DNA of 64,000 nucleotides from an uncultured Planctomycetia bacterium (GTDB lineage Bacteria > Omnitrophota > Gorgyraeia > JAFGHF01), in NCBI GenBank assembly GCA_964586605.1, contig CAZPGX010000002.1, forward strand, positions 11,648 to 75,647, in the 5' to 3' direction. Both the position numbers and the translations under genes were made by a program. The notes beneath the pieces were generated by a model. The model did not search any database. It saw only the letters and a program-made list of their open reading frames with translations, and had not been told where the DNA came from. Below are positions 30,981-40,290 of this stretch, in pieces. Position 1 is the first letter of the stretch, and every line of letters begins with the position of its first letter.

Positions 30981-31823
30981 TTATTTGTCAAAACCCTCTG
31001 TAAAATTCTTTTTTATACTCACCTCCTTTCTCTTCTGCTTCTCTTCCTCGGAAACCAAAAGACAATAGGGTTTGAAAGAAATTGGATTTTCCTTTACTAT
31101 AACTACTGTTTTATAAACCTCTTCAATATTTTGATAAGTAAGCACGTCTTGCGGTGAGCCTTCTTTAGATATCTCGCCTTCCTTAAGCAAAATTAATCGG
31201 TCGCAATAGCTGCTTGCCAAATTCAAATCGTGCAAGACTACAATTACTGTTAAGTTCTTCTCTTTATTTAGTCTCTTGATTAAATCTAAAACCTGGACCT
31301 GATGCGCAATGTCTAAATGTGAGGTTGGTTCATCCAGCAACAGAAGACGGGGTTCCTGAGCAAAGCCCTGGGCCAGAATTACCCTTTGCCTTTCTCCCCC
31401 CGATAATTCAGATATTTTGCGCTCACGAAAAGAAAATATGTCGGTAAAATTAAGGGCCTCTTTCAATATTTTATGGTCTTTTGGCCTTAAAGACTCGAAT
31501 CTGCCTAGGTGCGGAAAACGGCCCATTGATACAAATTCCTCTACTGAAAAGGCAAAAGGCACCTCTAAAATCTGAGGGATAACTGCTACCTCCCGCGCAA
31601 AATTGCGGGGTGAAATCTCAGAAATATTTTTGTCTCTATACAGAATTTTTCCTTCCCACGGCTTTAATGTTCCGGTTATGGTGCGAAAAAGCGTGGTCTT
31701 GCCTGCCCCGTTTGGGCCGATTATGCCTAAGAAATCTCCCTCCTTTATTGAGAAAGATACCTTTTTAATAACTTCTTTTGCCTCATACCCGCATGATAAA
31801 TCTTTAATCCTCAATATATCCAT
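30981..31823 (-). CDS. btuD: Cobalamin ABC transporter ATPase
   Basis: GPNGAGKTT, LSGGERQRV, LLLDEPTSHLD, VLHDLNLA. Confidence 0.85.
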   Translation of the reverse strand: MDILRIKDLSCGYEAKEVIKKVSFSIKEGDFLGIIGPNGAGKTTLFRTITGTLKPWEGKILYRDKNISEISPRNFAREVAVIPQILEVPFAFSVEEFVSMGRFPHLGRFESLRPKDHKILKEALNFTDIFSFRERKISELSGGERQRVILAQGFAQEPRLLLLDEPTSHLDIAHQVQVLDLIKRLNKEKNLTVIVVLHDLNLASSYCDRLILLKEGEISKEGSPQDVLTYQNIEEVYKTVVIVKENPISFKPYCLLVSEEEKQKRKEVSIKKNFTEGFDK

Positions 31824-31825
31824 CT

Positions 31826-32818
31826 TTAAAACATTTCCCAGCGTTTAGATTTTAGCAGGAAACTTAAGAAAAATATTCCGCCGAATATTCCTGTTATTAC
31901 TCCTACCGGCAATTCTAGAGGCCGGATAATAGAACGAGCTAACGCATCGCAAAGAATGAGAAACGTTGCTCCAGCAATACAGGAAGCGGGTAAAAGTAAC
32001 CGATGGTTAACCCCAACAACCTTTCGCATAAAATGGGGGATTATTAATCCTACAAATCCGATTATCCCAGAGGCTGCTACGCAGGCACCGGTAATGCAAG
32101 ATGCTACAATGAAAAGAATCTTTTTAACCTGTTTTGAATTAACGCCTAAGTGCAGCGCCTTTTCCTCACCTAAGGTAAGAATATTCAGATCGCGGGAAAA
32201 GATTAAAAGCAGCCCTATGCCGGGAACAATAAAGAAGGGTATGATTTTTATTAAATAATCCTGGGCAGAGGAAAGGTCTCCCATCAGCCACAAAATCGCC
32301 CCGTGGACATCCTCCGCTTTGGAAACAGCAAATACCAGAAGCACCAAAGAGGAAAATAAAAAGCTTAAAATCACACCGCCCAAAATTAGGGTAGTATTGG
32401 AAAACTGTTTTCTAGAAGCAACAGTATATACTAAAAATACACTTAAGGCACTGCCGGCAAAGGCAGAAAGAGGCAATAAAATTCCGGAGGCACCGGAAAT
32501 AATTGCCAATGTTGCCCCCAGGGCCGCTCCCCCGGAGATACCCAGGGTGTAGGGTTCGGCTAAAGGATTACGCAAGATACCCTGAAATACTGCCCCGCAA
32601 GAGGCCAAGCCTGCGCCCACAAGTAAGGCTAACACAACCCTGGGAAAACGGATTTGCCAGATGATATCTCTTTCTACCCCCCAGGAGGCTGGATGAAAAA
32701 GGCAATATATAGCCTTTGTAACTTCGAGCTTGCTTCCTCCAACTAGATTTGAGGCAACAAAACTAAGACCAAGTATTGCGATCAGGGAAATAAATATTAA
32801 AGCGTGTCTTTTACTCAA
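31826..32818 (-). CDS. btuC: Cobalamin ABC transporter permease (FecCD family)
   Basis: IRFPRV, RNPLAEPYTLGISGGA, WLMGDL, GFVGLIIPH, ELPVGVIT. Confidence 0.88.
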   Translation of the reverse strand: MSKRHALIFISLIAILGLSFVASNLVGGSKLEVTKAIYCLFHPASWGVERDIIWQIRFPRVVLALLVGAGLASCGAVFQGILRNPLAEPYTLGISGGAALGATLAIISGASGILLPLSAFAGSALSVFLVYTVASRKQFSNTTLILGGVILSFLFSSLVLLVFAVSKAEDVHGAILWLMGDLSSAQDYLIKIIPFFIVPGIGLLLIFSRDLNILTLGEEKALHLGVNSKQVKKILFIVASCITGACVAASGIIGFVGLIIPHFMRKVVGVNHRLLLPASCIAGATFLILCDALARSIIRPLELPVGVITGIFGGIFFLSFLLKSKRWEMF

Positions 32819-32820
32819 AG

Positions 32821-33675
32821 CTATTCCACCTCTTCAAAGGCTTCCGGATGCAGAAGCCTTGCCACTTCTTTTAATCCTGCTAAGAAACTTATGGGTGTAG
32901 GCCGGCAGACTTTATCGGCATCAACAACATAAATCCTATTATTTTTTGTTGCCTCTAAGTCCTTAAATTTTTGCCAATATGTTCTTTCCTTCCCTGTTAC
33001 ATCGCCCATAGTAACTAAAATGATTACTTGCGGATTCTTGCTGAGGACTTCCTCGCGGCTTACCCGTGGATACCTAATAGAGGTATCGGCAAAAATATTA
33101 ATGCCACCGGAATATTCGATAAACTCATTAGCAAAAGATTTACCTCCTGCGCTGACTAAGGGCCTTGCTCCCACTTCCCAAAAGACTTTTACGGAAGGCG
33201 CACCTTTTGTCCTTTTAGCTATAGAATTTACTTCTTTCTCTGTTGCCCTTACAATATCTCTGGCTTTTTCCTCTCTCTGTGTTAACTTCCCTAGTCGAAT
33301 GAAATTCTTTGCAACCTCATCAAAGCTGTTGCACTCATCAAGGGCTATTACCTTAAGGCCTAAGTCTCGTAATTTCTCTATTGTTTGCGAACGATTTATT
33401 CCGTTGGCGGCTAACACCAAATCGGGAGAAAGAGAATAAATCTTCTCGATATTGGGATTAATTAAAGTCCCTATTGTCTCTTTTGTCTTGGTCTCCGGGG
33501 GATAATTACAATAGGAAGTTAGGCCTATTAAATCTTCTTCTGCGCCTAATTGATACAGGCTTTCTGTAATTGATGGGGCCAAAGAAATTATCCTTTTAGA
33601 CTGGTCTGCCATTGCAGATGATAGAACTAACAAAACTATAAAGACTATAAGGCAATATTTAATCAGTAATTTCAT
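32821..33675 (-). CDS. btuF: Cobalamin-binding periplasmic protein
   Basis: RIISLAPSITE.L, CNYPPE, PNIEKI..LSPDLV, GGINIF. Confidence 0.85.
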   Translation of the reverse strand: MKLLIKYCLIVFIVLLVLSSAMADQSKRIISLAPSITESLYQLGAEEDLIGLTSYCNYPPETKTKETIGTLINPNIEKIYSLSPDLVLAANGINRSQTIEKLRDLGLKVIALDECNSFDEVAKNFIRLGKLTQREEKARDIVRATEKEVNSIAKRTKGAPSVKVFWEVGARPLVSAGGKSFANEFIEYSGGINIFADTSIRYPRVSREEVLSKNPQVIILVTMGDVTGKERTYWQKFKDLEATKNNRIYVVDADKVCRPTPISFLAGLKEVARLLHPEAFEEVE

Positions 33676-34324
33676 AATCTAAGATATCTAAGAACCAATG
33701 CTTGTCCCTTTGGATTTTTTTTGTCTTTAAAAGCGCTATTTTTCTTTTAAAGATAGGGCCAGAGTTGACAAAGGTGTGATACTCGCCAGATTCTCCGCAT
33801 AGGTCAACCTTACCCAAATCTTTTAGGTCTCTTATGAATTCTTCATCTATTTTGCGGCCTATCCACTTTGAACCCAAAACATCTGCCCTGGTCGCTACAA
33901 CAACTGCCTCAAAGCCTAAACTAATAAATTCTCTGAGAATCTCTTCCCTTTTTCCCTGCCATAAGGGGAAAATGGGCTTAATGCCGCAGTCTTTACAAAC
34001 CCTTTCTACCCAATCCCGGTGTTCTTGAAGATCAATATCTCCAAATACTCCTGCGGCAATATTCTCTTTTTTAAAATCACAAATGGCTTTTTTGAATTCC
34101 TCTTCATAAGTCTTCCACGTAGTTCTCCTCTGAACGATTGGAATTCCTGTGGATTCTGCCTGCAGTCTCATAAACTCTACGCCAATACCGTGAGAACGAG
34201 AATGTTTGCCATCTTCTGAAACCATATTTAAAAGATGCGTAATTTCAACATCCTGATTTTGCACTGCCTTATAAAGGGAAAGGGCCGTTTCTTTACCACC
34301 ACTCCAGGAAACAAATGCCTTCAT
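33659..34324 (-). CDS. DUF71/Dph6-like (diphthine-ammonia ligase family) ATP pyrophosphatase
   Basis: SWSGGKE, SRSHG, FGDIDL..HRDWVE, PLW, DLCGESGEYHTFV..GPIF. Confidence 0.88.
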   Translation of the reverse strand: MKAFVSWSGGKETALSLYKAVQNQDVEITHLLNMVSEDGKHSRSHGIGVEFMRLQAESTGIPIVQRRTTWKTYEEEFKKAICDFKKENIAAGVFGDIDLQEHRDWVERVCKDCGIKPIFPLWQGKREEILREFISLGFEAVVVATRADVLGSKWIGRKIDEEFIRDLKDLGKVDLCGESGEYHTFVNSGPIFKRKIALLKTKKIQRDKHWFLDILDYEITD

Positions 34325-35245
34325 TTACAACCTCCAATTAAGAACATGCCCGCAGACCTTGCAGTGAAAGGCGCTAACATCCATACCCGCGCCGCAACCC
34401 GGACATGCCTTTTCAGTCTCCTTTGGCGCCGGAATTTCACCTACTTCCTTGCGATAAATCTCATAATAATAAAGATGTTCTTTATTTAAGAACTTCACGG
34501 GATATGCCTTTTGCTTTCTCTCGAATTCACTATCAGATATTCTTGAGCTAATAATATTCCTTAATCGTGTCATTCCAGAACCGATTTCAAGAGGCCTCTT
34601 ACTTTGCCAGACGAGCTGATGAGGCAATTTATCCTCAAAGGCCTTGCGTAAAATCCATTTACCCCAGATGGTTCCGTTATCCCTGTGTATTTTAAAATTA
34701 ATTGGTATTCCTAAAGCAAAATCTACCACTTTCTTGTCCATGTAAGGTTGTCTTATTTTAAGACCCTTCGATTCTGCCAGGACATTTGAACTAAAAGACA
34801 TATTACGCGATACTCTCTCTGTATAGCCTGCTAAATCCTTTATATCTTCCATAAACGAATAACCTGCAAAAATTTCATCGCTTCCGTCGCCGGTCATCAC
34901 CTCGTCTATTCCCAACTCTTTTGCAAACTTTAGTCCAAAATAGACAACTAAATCATTGGGAATGGCCGGATCGAAAGTTTTTAGTATCTTTATTACTTCT
35001 GGAATAGCTTCTATGGCTTCATCAGTGTCTATGCTTTTTTGATAATGCTCAATATTAAGAAATCTTGCCGCAGAAGCAGCATATTTGATATCTTCTCCAC
35101 CCGATTCCAAGCTTACCGTAATCGCTTTAATATTAGGGCTGAGCTTCGCCAATATAGCTGAATCTAAGCCTCCGGAAAAAAGAAGGCCGGTAGTCCTATT
35201 TTTTTGGACGGATTCGGTTAATTTTCTTTTTAATTCAAGAATCAT
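34325..35245 (-). CDS. Asparagine-synthetase synthetase-domain protein with C-terminal Zn ribbon (no glutaminase domain)
   Basis: FSGGLDS, MTGDGSDEIFAGY, PYMD, KWILRKAF; C-terminal CPGC..CKVC. Confidence 0.8.
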   Translation of the reverse strand: MILELKRKLTESVQKNRTTGLLFSGGLDSAILAKLSPNIKAITVSLESGGEDIKYAASAARFLNIEHYQKSIDTDEAIEAIPEVIKILKTFDPAIPNDLVVYFGLKFAKELGIDEVMTGDGSDEIFAGYSFMEDIKDLAGYTERVSRNMSFSSNVLAESKGLKIRQPYMDKKVVDFALGIPINFKIHRDNGTIWGKWILRKAFEDKLPHQLVWQSKRPLEIGSGMTRLRNIISSRISDSEFERKQKAYPVKFLNKEHLYYYEIYRKEVGEIPAPKETEKACPGCGAGMDVSAFHCKVCGHVLNWRL

Positions 35246-36294
35246 AGGACCTCTTTTAGAGCGGCAAGGAGTTGCAAATTTTCTTTGTGAGAACGCACAG
35301 CCACGCGGATATATTTATCATTTAAATTCCTGAAATTGGCGCAATCCCTGATCAGAATTCCTTTTTCCAGAAGCAACCTCTGTAATGACTTTGAACTCAA
35401 ACCAGGTCTTTCTATTTTTAGCAAAAGGAAATTTGCTACTGAGGGATAGGGCTTTAACCCCACGATTGCGGCTAATTGTTTACTAAGATATTTTCTTTCT
35501 TTCCCTATAAGCTTGCGGGTCTTTTTGATGTAAACTTTGTCGTTTAAAATCAGCCCTGCCGCTAATTGGGCTAAAGAATTTGTGCCCCAGGGCGCTTGGT
35601 ATTGCCTTAACTTGTCAATAATCTTTTTGTGCGCAATGAGGTAGCCTACTCTCAAGCCCGGTAGGGCAAAAAACTTTGTAAGCGTGCGCAGGACAATGAG
35701 CTTTTTGGATTTTACTGCCTTCCAAATTAAAGTATAATTTTTTTGCTCCGGCAAGAAATCCATAAAGGCCTCATCGACAACAACTAATTTATTGGATAGC
35801 GCCTCGATCCTCTTGCCATCTTCTGCAATAAGATTTCCTGTGGGATTGTTGGGGTTGCAAAGGAAAAGAATGTCTGTCTTGCCGATAGAAGACAAATCAA
35901 GCTTAAAGCCTTCTTTTTCTTTAAGTTTTAAAAATTCTATTCTGCTTTTTATGCCTCTTGCCGCACGCTCATATTCTGAGAATGTGGGCACGGGCACAAA
36001 AGCAGTCTTTGGCCTAAGAAAAGATATGATAAGATAGATGAGCTCGACAGAGCCGTTACCAAGAAGGACATTTTCCTCATCTATTCCCCAACATTTAGCG
36101 ATTTTTTTGGTTATATCAGTTGCTTTGTAATCAGGATAATGCAGGATTCTATCAAAATTTTTATAAATAGCCTCTTTTAGCCCTGCAGGCAAACCTAAAG
36201 GATTAATATTTGCGCTGAAATCGATTATTTTCTTTCTATCTTTGCCCTTAAGCTCGTAAATATTTCCGCCGTGTAAGAAATCTAGATCAGCCAT
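35242..36294 (-). CDS. cobD: Threonine-phosphate decarboxylase
   Basis: HGGN, DFSANINPLG, GNGSVELI, CNPNNPTG, VDEAF, TKFFALPGLRVGY, IRDCANF. Confidence 0.92.
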   Translation of the reverse strand: MADLDFLHGGNIYELKGKDRKKIIDFSANINPLGLPAGLKEAIYKNFDRILHYPDYKATDITKKIAKCWGIDEENVLLGNGSVELIYLIISFLRPKTAFVPVPTFSEYERAARGIKSRIEFLKLKEKEGFKLDLSSIGKTDILFLCNPNNPTGNLIAEDGKRIEALSNKLVVVDEAFMDFLPEQKNYTLIWKAVKSKKLIVLRTLTKFFALPGLRVGYLIAHKKIIDKLRQYQAPWGTNSLAQLAAGLILNDKVYIKKTRKLIGKERKYLSKQLAAIVGLKPYPSVANFLLLKIERPGLSSKSLQRLLLEKGILIRDCANFRNLNDKYIRVAVRSHKENLQLLAALKEVL

Positions 36295-37211
36295 TTTAAA
36301 ATAATCCCCATAGAGACCATTAAAACAGAGGCAAGCAAACTTATGGTTAATGCCTCATTTATAAAAGAAGGATGCAGAACTCTTTTTTCTTCTCCAAGAT
36401 AAGGATTTGTGTAAAATTTACCTTGATAAGACCTGTTGCCCCCCAGCCTTATTCCTAAGGCCCCGGCCATAGCTGCAATTGATACCCCGCTATTTGGGGA
36501 AGGGTGTTTCCTGCCATCTCTAAGCATCGTTTTAAAAGAATCTTTGAATCTTTTTAGCGAAGCAGCCGATATTAAAAATCCGCAAATCCGCGCAGGAATA
36601 AAATTAACAATGTCATCTACCTTGGCAGAGAACCAGCCCAGATGAAGATACTTTTCATTCCTATACCCCACCATCGAATCAAGGGTGTTTATGGCCTTGT
36701 AAGCAAAAACCAACACCGGCCCTCCTAAAATGAGGTAAAAAAGAGGTGCTATAATACCATCATTAGTACTCTCGGCAATGCTCTCTATTGTAGCCGCCGT
36801 TATCCTATCTTTGTTTAAATCCCGGGTATCCCTGCCTACAATTTTAGAAAGTTCTTCCCGGGCAGAAGCAATGGAGTTATCTTTAAGCGCCTGCGAAATT
36901 GCCCTTGCTTTAACCCGTAAATCCTTTACAGAAAGTGTAGTGTAACCTAAATAAATCCAAGCTAAGTTTCCAAAATAGGGGTTCAACTTTCTAAAAAATT
37001 CAATAAATAGATAGGCAAAGCAGGCGCTTATCCCTACTATAACAAAAGCTAATACTATTCCCTTCGTTCGTTCTATCCAGAGAGCGCTCCTGCCGCCCAA
37101 TCGCTTCTCCAGCAGGCCTATTAATTTGCCAATGCCCCTTACCGGATGGGGAAACCATTCAGGATCTCCCAAGATCAAATCAGCAATATAAGAAGAGATT
37201 ATTAAGAACAT
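36282..37211 (-). CDS. cbiB: Adenosylcobinamide-phosphate synthase
   Basis: GDPEWFPHPV, IVGRDT, ESIAE..DGIIAPLFY, YKAINTLDSMVGY, HPSPNSG. Confidence 0.95.
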   Translation of the reverse strand: MFLIISSYIADLILGDPEWFPHPVRGIGKLIGLLEKRLGGRSALWIERTKGIVLAFVIVGISACFAYLFIEFFRKLNPYFGNLAWIYLGYTTLSVKDLRVKARAISQALKDNSIASAREELSKIVGRDTRDLNKDRITAATIESIAESTNDGIIAPLFYLILGGPVLVFAYKAINTLDSMVGYRNEKYLHLGWFSAKVDDIVNFIPARICGFLISAASLKRFKDSFKTMLRDGRKHPSPNSGVSIAAMAGALGIRLGGNRSYQGKFYTNPYLGEEKRVLHPSFINEALTISLLASVLMVSMGIILKWLI

Positions 37212-37217
37212 ATTATC

Positions 37218-37949
37218 TTAAAAATAGATTAATACAAAAAATAGTACGGCTAGCTCTGCAATCTCACTTGTGGCGCCAATTGTATCTCCGGTCATCCCGC
37301 CAATTTTTCTCTTTGCGTAATTGATAAATAAAAATATCGGAAGTAAAGAAAGACTTAATAAGACAATCCCCTTTAATTTCATCAACAATAGAAATAAGGC
37401 TACGGTAAAGAGGCCCGCGCGAAGAAACTCTCTTTTAGTGCTATATTCTATGAAATATTTGGCCTTGCCTTCTTTACGTGCGTACTTAGACATATAACAG
37501 GCTAAACTTTGAGACCACCTTGAAAATACTGTCATCGCGATCAGGGCTTTCCAAAGGATATTTTGCGGAATATTTAGCATTAAACTAAATTTTAGAAGCA
37601 ACAGGCTTACTAGACCAATTACCCCCATTACGCCAATCCGGCTATCCCGCATTATCTTTAATATCTGTTCCTTGGACCTCCTGCCATAGAATCCATCGCA
37701 GGTATCGGCGAAGCCATCCAAATGTATTCCGCCTGTTACAACAATCGATCCGATTAGAACCAAGATAACCGTAACTAAATGCGGCAAGAAATTAAAGACA
37801 AACAGAATCAAAACTAACAAAACCCCTATGAATGCGCCGACTATGGGAAAATAAGCAAGCGAGCCGCCGAAGTCTTTTGCTTTTATCTCTGATCTAATTT
37901 TAATCGGCAGGGTAGTCAAGAATTGCAGGGCAATTAAAAACTTTTTCAT
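37218..37949 (-). CDS. cobS: Adenosylcobinamide-GDP ribazoletransferase
   Basis: FLTTLP, TGGIHLDGFADTCDG, IMRDSRIG, GGMTGDTIGA. Confidence 0.95.
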   Translation of the reverse strand: MKKFLIALQFLTTLPIKIRSEIKAKDFGGSLAYFPIVGAFIGVLLVLILFVFNFLPHLVTVILVLIGSIVVTGGIHLDGFADTCDGFYGRRSKEQILKIMRDSRIGVMGVIGLVSLLLLKFSLMLNIPQNILWKALIAMTVFSRWSQSLACYMSKYARKEGKAKYFIEYSTKREFLRAGLFTVALFLLLMKLKGIVLLSLSLLPIFLFINYAKRKIGGMTGDTIGATSEIAELAVLFFVLIYF

Positions 37950-39031
37950 GGTTCGACAGGCTCACCACTGTGTTTATCGGTTCTTTCAGATACGCCTGCG
38001 CTTTGGAATGTCGCCATTTGAGTCAAAATTTTAATGCCGGCTTCTATTATATTCATTGCCAAGGCGCTACCGGTGCCCTCTCCCAACCTTAGATCTAAAT
38101 TCAGGATTGGCGCAAGGCCCATATGCTCCAGAACAATCTTATGGCCTTTTTCAACGGAACAGTGCGCAGCAATCAGATAATCTTTAATCTTTGGTTCCAA
38201 TTGATAGGCTATCAATGCAGCTGCTCCTGAGATAAAACCATCGATCACTATCGGCACTCTTCTGGAAGCGCTGGCTAAAATTACACCGGCCAGGCCCCCT
38301 ATCTCAAAGCCGCCTACCTTAGAAAGCACATCGATTGCATCCTGCGGGTTGGGCCTATTTAACTCAAGGGCCTTTTTAATCACAGCAATCTTATTTGAAA
38401 GGGCCTGATCATTAATACCTGTTCCTCTGCCCACCAATTCCTCTGCCGGTTTACCCGTAATGCAGGCAGCAATTGCGGAGGAGGGTGTGGTATTGCCAAT
38501 GCCCATATCTCCTGTCCCAACTATGTCTATGCCATTTAAGAATTCTTCTTCAAACACCTCTATGCCGTTTTCTATAGATTTTACAGCCTCTTCTCTGGTC
38601 ATAGCCGGGCCTTCTGCCATATTCTTAGTTCCGTAATTTACCTTTTTAATTATTAGCCCTGGATGGGAATTTAAATCTGAGGCCACACCCATATCAACCA
38701 CAACAACTTTAGCCCCCACATGCCTGGCGAGCACGTTTATGCCGGCGCCGCCTCCGGTAAAGTTGTAAACCATCTGCGGCGTTACCTCCTGAGGAAAGAC
38801 GCTTACTCCTTCTTTGACAACACCGTGGTCGCCGGCCAGAGTAAATATAACCTTAAATTTAGTTGGAGGGTTAACATTGCCTGTAATCTCTACTACCTGT
38901 TTAGCCAATTCTTCTAAGCGCCCGAGGCTTCCTTGCGGTTTGGTAAGGTTATCAAGGCGCTTTTGTGTCTTTTGGGCCAGGCTATGGTCTATCTCCTTGA
39001 TTTTATTTATTGTCTCTTGTAATTTTTGCAT
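37946..39031 (-). CDS. cobT: Nicotinate-nucleotide:DMB phosphoribosyltransferase
   Basis: LTKPQGSLGRLE, GDHGV, GDMGIGNTT, GGFEI, DGFIS, LRLGEGTG. Confidence 0.96.
   Translation of the reverse strand: MQKLQETINKIKEIDHSLAQKTQKRLDNLTKPQGSLGRLEELAKQVVEITGNVNPPTKFKVIFTLAGDHGVVKEGVSVFPQEVTPQMVYNFTGGGAGINVLARHVGAKVVVVDMGVASDLNSHPGLIIKKVNYGTKNMAEGPAMTREEAVKSIENGIEVFEEEFLNGIDIVGTGDMGIGNTTPSSAIAACITGKPAEELVGRGTGINDQALSNKIAVIKKALELNRPNPQDAIDVLSKVGGFEIGGLAGVILASASRRVPIVIDGFISGAAALIAYQLEPKIKDYLIAAHCSVEKGHKIVLEHMGLAPILNLDLRLGEGTGSALAMNIIEAGIKILTQMATFQSAGVSERTDKHSGEPVEP
37949..37967. repeat. REP-like element forming the cobT C-terminus (GEPVEP)
   Basis: TGGTTCGACAGGCTCACCA; extends CobT past its usual end (..AGVS). 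Confidence 0.55.
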
Positions 39032-39032
39032 C

Positions 39033-39587
39033 TTAATTTCCTTTTATGTTTACAGGGATCCCTGCCTGCATAAGAATTACCTGATCAGCCTTTTTTGCGA
39101 GCATCTGATTTGCCAACCCCAGTAAATCACGAAATCGCCTGGCCAAAGCATTCTCAGGAACTATACCAGCTCCTACCTCATTTGATACTAAGATTACAAC
39201 GCAATTGGCTTTTAGTATAACCTCGATGAGATTCTTTATCTTCTTCTCTATTTGCCCATCTTTCAAGTTACTCATTAAAAGATTAGAAACTAATAGACCC
39301 AAACAATCGATCAAAACCACTTTATATTTGTCGGGCAGTTTAGACAAAGCCAAACCAACATCTCTGCCTTCTTCAACTAGTTTCCAGGTCCTGGGCCTTG
39401 AGGCCTTGTGTAATTTTATTCTTTTCTTCATCTCCCTATCTAATGAAGCGGCTGTAGCAATAAAGGCCACTGGTTTTTTCCCGCCAGAGGCGGGTCCGCC
39501 TTCGGCGGAGAACTCTTTTGCCAATTGCACCGCATGACTACTCTTTCCGCTTCTGGCACCGCCCAAGATAAGAATAAATTGCTTCAT
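39033..39587 (-). CDS. cobU: Adenosylcobinamide kinase/guanylyltransferase
   Basis: GGARSGKS, IATA..D.EM..RI..H, DCL, VSNEVG.GIVP, FRDLLGLANQ. Confidence 0.95.
   Translation of the reverse strand: MKQFILILGGARSGKSSHAVQLAKEFSAEGGPASGGKKPVAFIATAASLDREMKKRIKLHKASRPRTWKLVEEGRDVGLALSKLPDKYKVVLIDCLGLLVSNLLMSNLKDGQIEKKIKNLIEVILKANCVVILVSNEVGAGIVPENALARRFRDLLGLANQMLAKKADQVILMQAGIPVNIKGN
39480..39509. repeat. 30-bp double-hairpin in-frame insertion in cobU
   Basis: CCCGCC-AGA-GGCGGG plus TCCGCC-TTC-GGCGGA; encodes SAEGGPASGG. Confidence 0.8.
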
Positions 39588-40150
39588 GCTGCGACTCCTT
39601 CAGGGTAATCTATAATTCTTAAAGTGCCGATTTCCTGCTCTACCTTCCAGAAACTTTCTAAGCCAAACTTTAATGCCTGGCAGAGGATAATTTTTATCGG
39701 TCCGCCATGGCTGACCAAGGCTATTGTCTTACCCACATCTTGGCAAAGAATAAGAAATAATCTCTTCTTAACTCTTCTCTCTAACTCTACTAGCCCCTCG
39801 CCGCTTGGAACTTTGACTCTCAGCGGATTATCTATCCAGTTTCTATAGAGTTTGGCGTGAGTTTTGATAATCTCTTCGTGCTTCAGCCCCTCAAAAAGGC
39901 CGAAATTCATTTCGCGCAAGTCTTTTGCTTTCTCAATTGAATTATTTCTAAAGATTATCTTTGCCGTTTCGTATGCCCTGTCTAAATCGCTTGAATAGAC
40001 TCTATCTACATTTAGGCCTTTCAATCTAACAGCTAACTTTTTCGCCTGCCATATGCCTTTACTGTTTAACGGCGGATTGCCAAATCCGCAATATCTCTTT
40101 TCCAGGTTGTAATCTGTTTCGCCGTGACGGATTAAAATCAGTCTTGTCAT
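39584..40150 (-). CDS. cobC: Alpha-ribazole phosphatase (histidine phosphatase); start re-called to ATG 40150
   Basis: LIRHGETD, SSDLDRAYETA, LREMNFGLFEG, VSHGGPI. First gene after the riboswitch and attenuator. Confidence 0.85.
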   Translation of the reverse strand: MTRLILIRHGETDYNLEKRYCGFGNPPLNSKGIWQAKKLAVRLKGLNVDRVYSSDLDRAYETAKIIFRNNSIEKAKDLREMNFGLFEGLKHEEIIKTHAKLYRNWIDNPLRVKVPSGEGLVELERRVKKRLFLILCQDVGKTIALVSHGGPIKIILCQALKFGLESFWKVEQEIGTLRIIDYPEGVAA

Positions 40151-40165
40151 AAAACTATCCCTAAC

Positions 40166-40213
40166 AAAAAGTCCCGAATGTAGAAACTTCATTGAAGTTC
40201 TACCTTCGGGACT
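40166..40213 (-). terminator. Attenuator/terminator hairpin in the riboswitch leader
   Basis: AGTCCCGAAGGTAGAACTTC-AAT-GAAGTTTCTACATTCGGGACT followed by TTTT, just upstream of the cobC start. Confidence 0.7.
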
Positions 40214-40290
40214 GCACCCTGATTTATCTTGGCCCCTAAATAAAAACTTTTAAGTTCTATCCTGCGTAGAACAAAAAGTTTCCTCGCTTC

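Noticed and set aside
40151-40192. cobC start at 40192
   Set aside because: It falls inside the attenuator hairpin; the RHG motif spacing favours ATG 40150.
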